In this document: positions 28,854 to 40,900 of the stretch, in pieces
Layout of the letters: each line of letters starts with the position of its first letter
Position numbering within the stretch: position 1 is the first letter of the stretch
DNA from: the human T2T-CHM13v2.0 reference genome, Homo sapiens
NCBI RefSeq assembly: GCF_009914755.1
Contig: NC_060948.1
Strand: one strand, 5' to 3'
Length of the DNA stretch: 64,000 nucleotides
Position numbers and translations under genes: made by a program
The notes under the pieces: model-generated
What the model was told of the DNA's origin: nothing
Databases searched by the model: none
The model's input: the letters and a program-made list of their open reading frames with translations, nothing else

Positions 28854-29664
28854 GAAGTCAAGTGTCTTTAAAAATGCTTTAACTGAGCAAAGACTAAACC
28901 TTTGGGGAAGTAATCTAGGAACATATTTGGAGGAATAGAATTCCAGGCAGAGAACATAATCATTGAAATAATTCTGACACTAGAATTAAGCAAACAGTCA
29001 TACTGTCATCATGTAGCAAGATGAACAAAGGAAAACGCTTAAGTGAGATCAAAGACAAATCCTTTTGGTTTTATTCCAAGTATAATTCTGGCTACCAGGA
29101 GAACAAACTAAGCTACAAGTGAGTATCAGAATCAAGCAGAGAGACCAAACAAATGATGATGCTTCAACAAACGTAATGGCAGAGGAGGTGATACAAGCAG
29201 TCATTTTATGTGACTGTATAAGTTGTGCTTTGCCGAATGTTACTTGGCTGATGGTGTAAATAATATTCAGATAGCGATGCTGAGTATGTAGGTGATTTTT
29301 TATTGTTACAACTTTCCTCTGAATTCCTTCTAGTATTTGACTTCACTCTTTTAACCAGAGTTAAAATTATTTATGCCTAAGTATTATATGGTAATCATTA
29401 GGTATGTACCATGTAAAAGTTCTTACTGTCCATCAAGTAATATAAAATTTACATATGATAGAAAAGTATAATTTATACTTTTAAGTTAATATCTTATAAT
29501 TTAATGTATGTATAAAACCTATGTTATATAACTAATTTATAAATATGTGTTCCTAAACATGTTCAATATACGTATCTGTATATTTTATAATATATATGTA
29601 TTGCATATAGATTAAATTTATACATTATATATATTTTAATTCATGTATAGTATATGTCTATATG

Positions 29665-32430
29665 TATTTTTTATATACTTTAAGTTCTGGGGTACATGTA
29701 CAGAAAGTGCAGTTTTGTTACATGGGTATTCATCCACCATGGTGGTTTGCTGAGCCCATCAAATCATCATATACATTATATATTTCTCCTAAAGCTATCC
29801 CTCCACTAGTCCCCTACCCCCAACAGGCACTGGTGTGTGATGTCCCCTCCCTATGTCCATATGTTCTCATTGTACAACTACAAATTATGAGTGAGAACAT
29901 GCAGTGTTTGGCTTTCTGTTCTTGTGTTATTTTGCTGAGGGTGATGCTTTCCAGCTTCACCTATGTCCCTGCAAATGACATAAACTCAGCCTATTTTATG
30001 GCTGCTTAGTATTCCATTGTGTATATGTGCCACATTTTCTTTATCCAGTCTATCACTGATGGACATCTGGGTTGGTTCCAAGTCTTTGCTATTGTGAACA
30101 ATGCTTCAATAAACAGAAGGGTGCATGTGTCTTTATAGTAGAATTATTTATAATCCTTTGGGTATATAACCCAAAATGACATTGCTGGGTCAAATGCTAT
30201 TTCTGGTTTTAGATCCTTAAGGAATCATCAGACTGTATTCCACAATGGTTGAAGTAATTTACACTCCCACCAACAGTGTAAAAGCATTCCTATTTATCCA
30301 CATCCTCTCCAGCATCTGTTGTTTCCTGACTTTTTAATGATCACCTTTCTAATTGGCATGAGATGGTATCTCATTGTGGTTTCGATTTGCATTTCTCTAA
30401 TGACCAGTGATGATGAGTTTTTTTCATATATTTGTTGGCTGCATACCTGTCTTCTTTTGAGAAGCATCTGTTCATATCCTTCACTCAGTTTTTCATGGGT
30501 TGGTTTAGTTTTTTTCTCATAAATTTGTTTAAGTTCTTTGTAGATTGTGGATATTGGTCTGTTGTCAGATGGATAGATTGTCCATTGTTAGATGGTAGGT
30601 TTATGGGGATAGCATTGAATCTATAAATTGCTTTGCACAGTAGGGCCATTTTCAAAATATTGATTCTTCCTATAATGAGCATGGAATGTTTTTCCATGTA
30701 TTTGTGTCCTCTCTTATTTCCTTGAGCTGTGGTTTGTAGTTTTTGAAAAGGTCCTTCACATCCTTTGTATATTTTATACCTAGGTATTTTATTCTCTTAG
30801 TAGCAACTGTGTATGTGAGATCACTCATGATTTGACTCTCTGCTTGTCTGATATTGGTGTACAGGAAAGCTTGTGATTTGTGTGAGCTGAGATAGTGGGG
30901 TTTTCTAAATATACAATCTTGAGATCTGCAAACAAAGACAATTTGACTTCCGCTTATTCCATTTGAATACACTTCATTCTTTCTCTTGCCTGATGGCCCT
31001 TGTCAAAACTTCCAAAACTGTGGTGAATAGGAGTGGTGAGAAAGGGGGTATCCTTGTCTTGTGCAGGTTTTTAAAATGAAAGTTTCCAGGTGCTTCCAGG
31101 CTGTGGTTTTGTCATAAGTACCTGTGATTATTTTGAAATATGTTCCATCAATACCTAGTTTATTTAGAGTTTTTGTCATGAAGTTGTGTTGAATGTTGTC
31201 GAAGGGCTTTTCAGGATTTATTAAGATAATCATGTGGTTTTTGCCATTGATTCTGTTTATGTGATGGATTATGTTTATTAATTTGTGTATGTTGATTCTG
31301 CCTTACATCCCAAGTACGAACCTGACTTCTTCATGGTGGATACACTTGTTGATGTGCTTCTGGATTTGGTTTGCCAGTGTTTCATTGAGGATTTTTGCGT
31401 CAATGTTCATCAGAGATATTGGCCTGAAATTTTCTTATTTTGCTGTGTTTCTGCCAGATGTTGATATCGGGATGATTCTGGCCTCATAAAGTGACTTACG
31501 GTGGATTGCCTCTTTTTCTATTGTTTGGAATAGCTTCAGAAGGAATGGTACCAGCTCCTCTTTGTGCCTCTGGTAGAATTCTTCTGTGAACCGTCTACTC
31601 CTGGATTTTGTTGTTGTTGTTGTTCATAGGCTGCTAATTACTGCCTCAATTTCAGAACTTGTTATTGGTCTATTCAGAGATTCAATTTCTTCCTGGTTTA
31701 GGCTTTGGAGGCTGTGTGCATCCAGGAATTTATCCATTTTTTCAGATTTACTAGTTTATTTGCATGGAGATGTTTATAGCATTCCCTGATGGTAGTTTGT
31801 TTTTCTATGGGATCAGTGGTGATATCCCCATTATCATTTTTTATTGAGTCCATTTGATTCTTCTTTATTTTTTTCTTCATTAGTCTGGATAGTGGCCTAT
31901 CTATTTTGTTGATCTTTTCAAAAAGCAGCTCCTGGCTTCATTGATTTTTTTGAAGGGTTTTCATATCTCTGTCTCCTTCAGTTCTGCTCTGATCTTAGTT
32001 ATTTTTGTCTTCTCCTAGCTTTTGAATTTGTTTGCTTTTGCTTTTCTTGTTCTCCATTCTTTTAATGTTGATGTTAGTGTGCCAATTTTAGATGTTTCCT
32101 ACTTTCTTTTGTGGACATTAAGTGCTACATATTTCCCTCAAAACACTGCTTTAAATGTTTCCCAGAGATTCTGGTATGCTGTGTCTTTGTTCTCATTGGT
32201 TACAAAGAACATCTTTATTTCTGCCTTCATTTCATTATGTACCCAGTAGTCATTCAGGAGCAGGTTGTTCAGTTTCCACATAGTTGTGCACTTTTGAGTG
32301 AATTTTTAAATACTGAGTTCTAGTTTGATTGCACTGTGACCTGGGAGACTGTTTGTTATGATTTCTGTTATTTTGCATTTGCCGAGGAGTGTTTTACTTC
32401 CAATTATGTAGTCAATTTTAGAATAAGTGC
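29665..32430 (-). mobile_element. Older L1PA (3' UTR plus ORF2), with an internal deletion near 30595
   Basis: 3' UTR ttatatactttaagttctggggtacatg and decayed ORF2 peptides ([24 protein letters not shown]). Confidence 0.9.
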
Positions 32431-35400
32431 TTTTACTCTGAGTGTAATTCTGGCTATTGGGAGAACAAACTGTAAGCTGCAAGTGGGTATCAGAATCAAG
32501 CAGAGAGACCAAACAAATGATGATGGCTTCAACAAATGTAATGAGTATGTAGGTGATTTTTTATTGTTTGGAACCTTCCTCTAATTTCTTTCTAGTATTT
32601 GATTTTACTGTTTTAACCAGAGTTAGAATTATTTAAGCCTAAGTGTTATATGGAACTCTTGAAGTATGTACCATGTAATATTTATTACTGCCCATCAAGT
32701 AATATAAAATTTACATGTGATAGAAAAGTATAACTTATAATTTATTATATTTTAATTTAATATTTGTATAAGCCATATAAGCTATATAACCAATTTATAG
32801 ATATAAGTATTCATAAACATATACAAGATATGTATCTGTGTATTTTATAATTTGTATATGTATTGCATACATAAGTAATTTATGCATTATACATTGTAAT
32901 CCATGTATATTACATGTCTATAAGTATTTCTAATATATATGGTTAACTTTGTTTCCAACCATTCAAGTACAGCAAAGTCGTCCTGTTCTTTGCCTCTTTG
33001 GCAGTCACTGGGAACTGGTAGGCCTGGTCAGTTTTACCTCAGAAGCCTGTTATGACCCTGTTCTTTTCATCAGGACAGCCCAATACATATCTTGAATGAG
33101 ATGGCTTATCAAGGCATCCCAGAAACCACTGGGTCCCATTTTTTTCTCTACCTTGCAATTTTATCCTGGAGTAGAAGATAGTCCACAAAACACACTTAGC
33201 TCTAACACAGGCTCTGTCACTTTGCTTTTTCATGGATTCTGAGAACAAACATGTAGGAGAAGATTAAGCACTTCCTCAGTGAACAGAAGGCACTGGAACC
33301 TTCATTCAATGTTTTTTTGGTTCAAATAATAGAGACTATTTTATGCCAATAGACCATTACACTTTCAAAGTGGTCACCTCTCTTCAGCTAGCAAATTCCC
33401 AATGGTATGATCCTGGATTTCTCCTGTTGCCAAACTGTGGGATCATCCTGATACAGCTGAATGCTGGGGTACCCCAGAAATGGACAAATCTCAATATTTC
33501 TTTTTTTCTGGACCCCAGAACTCCCAAACAGCTATTAAACCTATACCCTGGAATTTTCCTCAGAAAAATACAATAAATTATAAATATTAAGCTGTAACTG
33601 ATTCAGCAAGATTCTAGATTAATACATTAGCTAGTATAATTAGGCTTCATACTCTGCAGTTAGTTAATGCTGGTAGATGGTGGTTTCTCTTTTCAAGTGG
33701 GATAGGTGGATCTCAAGTTCCTGTTAAGAGGGATACTCATCTGTCTCAAGTTCAATCTATTAATGTTCCATCTCATGGGCAACTTGTAGCTAGACCTCGG
33801 CTAGAAATTACCCCTGAAGTTGAAGCTTGGAAACAATTTTTATCTTATAAAACAGGAACAGTGATGTAGATTCAATCCAGGGAAGAGAGTAATAGAAAAA
33901 AAAATGTATCACGTAGTGCATAGAGCTAACCCTGGCACTAAACTGGTAACTTACAACTAGATTCCACCAGTACCTTTCATAGATAATAAAATTGAACTAT
34001 GGGCTCATTCATCCCTCGATGAAGATTGATCTCAGCATACTACAGTAACCCATACCATTGAAACATGGTGTCAGCTAGTTTTAAATGTATTTGGATCCTC
34101 AAGAAACTATAGAAAGCTCAGATGGATACTGGATTCTCACTGAACCTGAGTCCACTCAGTTCTGGATTTCTTCTATACTGCATACTCTTCATGTGCTAAG
34201 TCAAAAGGTGACAATATTAAGGCTTGGGCGCAACAGAAAACCAGTATGATCAGGCCCTCAAATCAAATCAATAGATGTAGTCCATTTAGTAAACATGAGG
34301 CTATTATACTCAAACCCCTGATGCAGAAATGGATCTTAATACATCCTATTATGAATATAATTGAGCCCTTCCTTCACTCCAAAGTTGACATGATCAGACC
34401 CTGAAGTCAGCCTAAAACAGCCATAGTCCTTACCTGGATCTAGCCAGAATCTCAATCAGGAAGACTCTTGATTCACTTGAGAGCTGATATGATTAAACCA
34501 TTGTTACAAACTGAAACTGAAAGAATGAGACTCGGCATTCAGCATAAATTTAAAATATTGAGGCCTAGAGCCCAGACTCAAGAATGGAAAGAAAAACACT
34601 GGACCCAACCAGAAGCAGATCCAGTTAGGTACTGGTCCCAAACTGGGATGGAAACAGTGGTACCCAGGCCCCAACCTGGAGATGATAGATCCAGACCCCG
34701 AAATCACACTGAAGCTGATATCATCAAACTTTTATTTCAGTCTCAATCAGAGACAGTCACACAGTGGAGAGAACCAGTAACTCTGACAGATCACCATTGG
34801 ATACAGTCTGAAACTGAAATAGTGATGTTTTGGAACCAACCTGTGGCTGATAAGTTAAAAGACTGGATACAACATGAAGCTTATGCATTTAGACTCTGGG
34901 ACAAGTTTGAAAGTGTTAAAGTCAAATTGTGGACCCAAGCTGAAGATGATACTTTGAGACCCTGGAATCAGAAAGACATTGGTGTAATTGACCCCTGGGT
35001 ACAAGGTAAAGCTACTGTATTAACACAGTGGATGCAGGGAGTGTCTCAAGAATTACATCCATGGACACAATCTGAAACTCACACAGTCCCACTGTGGACC
35101 CAGAATGAAACTCCAATAATTTCATATCTTGGACCAAGATGTTAGCAGATACACTCACAACATGGACAAAGGCTGAATTTCAAGGGTAAACATCCTGAAG
35201 ACAGTCTGAAACTGATCCAATCATACTGTGAACTATTGCCAAATCTCCAACAGTAAATCTCTGGACACGCTCTGTATCGAATGAAGTCACATGTTGGAAC
35301 CAAGAAGAATTTCCAGCCTTATTTCCCTTGACAGAGTCTTATGGCTAAGACAGTCACACCATGGATCCAGGATAGATTTCCAACAATGAATCCCTGGGAA

Positions 35401-35950
35401 AAACTACAGCTGAAACCGTCATACAATTGATCCTTGATGAAATGTCACCAATAAATCCAAGGACAAAATTGCAGCCTGAATATCTAGAAGGAAATACCCG
35501 ACTCCCATCTGAATTTAATCCAGTCTCATTGTGGACCATGGCTTATTTGCCAGCAGTAAATTACTGGATACAGTTTGATACTGAAGCAATAACACTATGA
35601 ATCCAGGTTGAGTCTTCAGCAAAACATTCCTGGAAACAGTTGGAAATGGATATAATCCCACTAGGGACACATGCTGAATCACTAGTGATGAATTCATGGA
35701 TAAACTCTATCTGATATGATCATGTGTATCCAGGCTGAATCACTATTATTAAATCCTTGGACAGAGTCTGAAACTGATATAGTCACAACATGGATTCTTG
35801 TTGAAACTCTAGGAGTAAGTCCCTGGTTACCTGATATATTCCTACCATGTACCCATGCTGAACATCCACAGATATCTTGGACTCAACCATGGATTATCGC
35901 TGAAACTCCAGCAATGAATCCCTAGAGAAAGGCTACAGCTGATATGGTCC

Positions 35951-37914
35951 TATCAGGGGAATTTCAGCCAGATATCGGGTGAAATTCACCCCCAATATTT
36001 CACATACCTTCTTTTCTATTTTCCCTAAGTGTCGGCCACTCTGAGAAATAAAGAGACAGAGTACAAAAGAGAAATTTTAAAGCTGGGTGTCCGGGGGAGA
36101 CATCACATTGGCAGGCTCCATGGTGCCCCCAGAGCCATAAAACCAGCAAGTTTTTATTAGTAATATTCAAACGGGTAGGGAGTGTGCGAATAGCATGTGG
36201 GTCACAGAGATCCTGTGCTTCACAAGGTATATAGAATATCACAAGGCAAATGGAGGCAGGGCAAGATCACAGGACCAGAGGACCAGGACAAAATTAAAAT
36301 TGCTAATGAAGTTTCAGGCACACATTGTCATTGATAACATCTTATCAGGAGACAGGGTTTGAGAGCAGACAACCGGTCTGACCAAAATTTATTAGGCAGG
36401 AATTTCCTCTTCCTAATAAGCCTGGGAGCACTACAGGAGACTGGGGCTTATTTCATCCCTACAGCTTTGACCATAAAAGACGGCCACCCCCCGAAGTGGC
36501 CATTTTAGAGGCCTACCCTCAGGGACACATTCTCTTTCTCAGGGATGTTCCTTGCTGAGAAAAAGAATTCAGCGATATTTCTCCCATTTGCTTTTGAAAG
36601 AAGAGAAATATGGTACTGTTCTGCCCAGCTGACCGGCAGTCAGAGTTTATCTCTCTTGTTCCCTGAACATTGCTGTTATCCTGTTCTTTTTTCAAGGTAC
36701 CCAGATTTCATATTGTTCAAACACACATGCTCTACAAATAATTTGTGCAGTTAACGCAAACATCACAGGGTTCTGAGGTGACAAACATACTCCGCAGCTT
36801 ACAAAGATGACAGGATTAAGAGATTAAAGTAAAGACAGGCATAGGAAATCACAAGGGTATTGATTGGGGAAGTGATAAGTGTCCATGAAATCTTCACAAT
36901 TTATGTTCAGAGACTGCAGTAAAGACAGGCGTACATCAGAGAAATGCAAATCAAAACCACAATGAGATACCATCTCACACCAGTTAGAATGGCAATCATT
37001 AAAAAGTCAGGAAACAACAGGTGCTGGAGAGGATGTGGAGAAATAGGAACACTTTTACACTGTTGGTGGGACTGTAAACTAGTTCAACCATTGTGGAAGT
37101 CAGTGTGGCAACTCCTCAGGGATCTAGAACTGGAAATACCATTTGACCCAGCCATCCCATTACTGGGTATATACCCAAAGGACTATAAATCATGCTGCTA
37201 TGAAGACACATGCACCCATATGTTTATTGCGGCATTATTCACAATAGCAAAGACTTGGAACCAACCCAAATGTCCAACAATGATAGACTGGATTAAGAAA
37301 ATGTGGCACATATACACCATGGAATACTATGCAGCCATAAAAAATGATGAGTTCATGTCCTTTGTAGAGACATGGGTGAAATTGGAAATCATCATTCTCA
37401 GTAAACTATCGCAAGAACAAAAAACCAAACACTGCTTATTCTCACTCATAGGTGGGAACTGAACAATGAGATCACATGGACACAGGAAGGGGAATATCAC
37501 ACTCTGGGGACTGTTTTGGGGTGGTGGGAGGGGGGAGGGATAGCATCAGGAGATATACCTAATGCTAGATGATGAGTTAGTGGGTGCAGCGCACCAGCAT
37601 GGCGCATGTATACATATGTAACTAACCTGCACAATGTGCACATGTACCCTAAAACTTAAAATAAAAAAAAATTAATTAAAAAAAAATAATAATTATATGT
37701 ATTTATGATTAATATGCTTTCTTTCACCTGACATTTGGTCAATTTTGTTAATTTCTTTATTAAAAAGTTTAAAAATAAAAAAAAGACAGGCGTAAGAAAT
37801 TATAAAAGTATTAATTTGGGGAACTAATAAATGTCCATGAAATCTTCACAATTTATGTTCTTCTGCCGTGGCTTCAGCTGGTCCCTCCATTCAGGGTTCC
37901 TGACTTCCGCAACA
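35951..37914 (-). mobile_element. MER11 (HML-8/HERV-K11) solo LTR inserted in the giant exon
   Basis: The minus strand starts TGTTGCGGAAGTCAGGAACCCTGAATGGAGGGACC. TSD gtcc(ta) at ~35947 and 37915. Removing the LTR restores ADMVLPRNQAEF, a repeat unit. Confidence 0.88.
36934..37781 (+). mobile_element. Young 5'-truncated L1 (L1PA2-like) nested in MER11, with a probable 3' transduction
   Basis: Intact ORF2 C-terminus (...SLIGGN*) and 3' UTR gagatcacatggacacaggaaggggaatatcac. TSD aaagacaggcgta at 36921-36933 and 37782-37794. Confidence 0.93.
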
Positions 37915-40900
37915 GTCCTACCAAGGAATCAGGCTGAATTTATAGAAGGAAATGCATGGACACAGTCTGAAACGTATACAGTCAAAGAGTTGATCCTGAA
38001 TGATTCTCTAGCAGTAAATTCACAGACATAGACAATAGCTGATGCAGACAAGCTGTGGACCAAGCCTGAATTTCCAGCCATAAATCTCTGTACAAAGTTT
38101 CTAGGTGATAGCACATACCATGGATTCAGGATGCCTCTCCAGCAATGAATCCATTTACACAGTATCTATCTTATACAATCAAACCATGGGACCAAGATGA
38201 GTCTTCAGCAGTAAAACTCTGTACACTACCTGAATTTGATAACATTATCCTGTGGATACAAGCCAAGTCTCCAACAGTAAATCTGTGCATAGAGGATGTT
38301 ACTTCCACAGTCATACCATGGGCCCAGGCTGTATCTCCAGCAGAAATTCCATGGACACAGCCTATACCTTCGATAGTCATAGCTTGGACCCACGTTGAAT
38401 ATCTATCAGTGAATACCTGGACAACCTCCATAGCTGATAGTATCACACTATAGAAAGGGGCTGAATTAACAGCAGGATTTCCATGAATACTGCCTTGGGC
38501 TGCTACTATCACACTGACGGCACAGTCTGAATTTCCAGCAGGAAATCTTTGGACACAGCCTGTGTATGATACAGACACATTATGGCCTCAGGCTGAACCT
38601 CCAGTAGTAGGGTACTGGACAGAACCTGTAGCTGATACATTTCGTGGACTCAGTTTGAATTTTTAACACGAAAGCCTTGGATCAAATCTGTATCTGATAC
38701 ACTCATACCATGGACCCAGGCTGAGTCTTCAGCAGTAAAGCATTTGACAAGGGCAATAGGTTATACAATCAAACTATGGAACCAAGTCAAATCACCTGCC
38801 ATACATCTCTGGAAACAATATGAAACTGATATCCTCACACAGTGGACCAAGACTAAATGTCCAAAAGTAAATGCCTGGACACAGCCTATACCTGCTACAG
38901 TTAGTTATACCACAGAACCAAGCAGGTAAGAGTAGCAGTAAATCCCTCCACAGAGCTTGAAGCAGAAATTGTCTTACTGTGGACTCAGGCTGATTCTACA
39001 ATCAATAATCTCTGTACACAAACTCTACTGATAGATTGAAACCATTGGCTAAGAATGTTTATGTAGCAGTAAATCCATGGAGCCAGTCTAAAACTGAGAA
39101 AGTTACATCATGGACCCAGGATATGTTGCCAGCAATAAGTCACTTAACAGTGGCTGTGACTGGTATAGTCACACTGCAGTACATGGCTGTATTTCTAATA
39201 ATAATTCCCAGGGCAGAGGCTCTAGCTGATACAGTCATAACATGGACACAGACAAAATCTTCAGCAATCAATTTCTGGTTACAACCTGTACCTGATACAG
39301 TCACACTATGGACCTAAACAAAACATCTAAGTAATCACTTGGAATGAGGCTGAATTTCCAGCTGTAAATCCCATGATGAAGTCTAAGTCTCCAATTGTAA
39401 ACATCTGGACAGTGTCTGAATCTCCAGCCCCAGGTCCTCTGTTGCAGGATGAGACTATTGATACAGTCACACCATGGACCCAGACTGAATCTTTGGCAGT
39501 AAATGCCTTGACAAATCCTGTTGCTGATACACTCACACTGTGTACACAGCCTGTAACTCCATCATTAATCTTCTTTTCACAAAGTTTACATGCTACACTG
39601 AAAACAGGGCATCAAACTGAATGTCTACCCATAAATACCTGGACAGAAGCTATAGCTTCCTAAGTTACACTCTGGACCAAGGCTGATTTTCCAGCAATAA
39701 ATACCTGGACACAGCCTGTTTTTTATAAAGCTACAATTTGGGCACAGGCTGTATGTGCAACAGTAAAGGCCTGGACACAACCTTCACCTAATACAACCAG
39801 ATGATGGTCCCAATCTGAATCTGCAGCACTAATTATGTGGATACTGCCTGTATCTGACACACACATAGGATTGATCCAATTTGAATCTTCAGCAGTAAAT
39901 CCCTGATTACTGCCTATATTTAATAAATTATCATTGTGGACCCAGCCTGTATCTCTAGCAGTCAATCGTGGATAGAGTCAATAGTTTCCAAGTCACCCCA
40001 TGGACCAAAGCTTTACTTCTAGCAACAAGTCCCTGGCCACCTCCCATATCTGATATAGTTGCACTGTGGACCCAGGCTGAATCTTCTGCAGTCATTACCT
40101 CCACACAGCCAGTATCTGACAAAATTATACTGTGGCTGCAGGCCCAGTATCCAGTAGGAATTACCTGGACACAGACTGTATCTGATATACTTACATCGTG
40201 GACATATGATGAATCTTCAGCAGAAAATCCAGGGGCATGGGCCATAGTTTCCTCAGTGTTACCATGGACCCAGGATATCCCTTCAGCAGAAAAAGCCTGG
40301 ACACTAACTGTGTCTGAATCAATCATGCCATGATCCCAGTCTGAGTCTCCAGTGGTAAACACATGGACAGAGACCGCAGCTTCCACAGACACAAAGTGGA
40401 CCTATGATGATTTTCCCGCTGCAAATTCTTGTACACAGAGTGATATGGGCTCATTTTGGACAATGCTTAAAACTGAAGCTAAGAAACTCTGGGCAATGCC
40501 TGAAGCTAAATTATTTATAGAATTTCATTACTGTCTCAACCTGATACCACACAACCTTTGATCCAAGATGAAAATCAAGCATCAATTTTACGGACACATC
40601 ATGAAATTGAAAATATCGATGAATGGACCTTGCCTAAATTTGGAACACTTATATCTTGGATAGTGCCTATGCCTCAGGCAGCAAAACCATGGTCCAAACT
40701 TGAAGCTCTAGTTACAGAACTTTGTTTAAAACTGGAACAGAAAAAATAAAACCTTGGGCTCAGCCAGAATTTCAAACATTAAGCACATTTACTCCCTTTG
40801 AACTTGGTAAAATAGAATCCTGGGCCAAACAGAGAACTACAACATTTATAACATGGATCCAATGTGAAACTGATGCCTCCTTCCTGTGTACCCAATCTGA

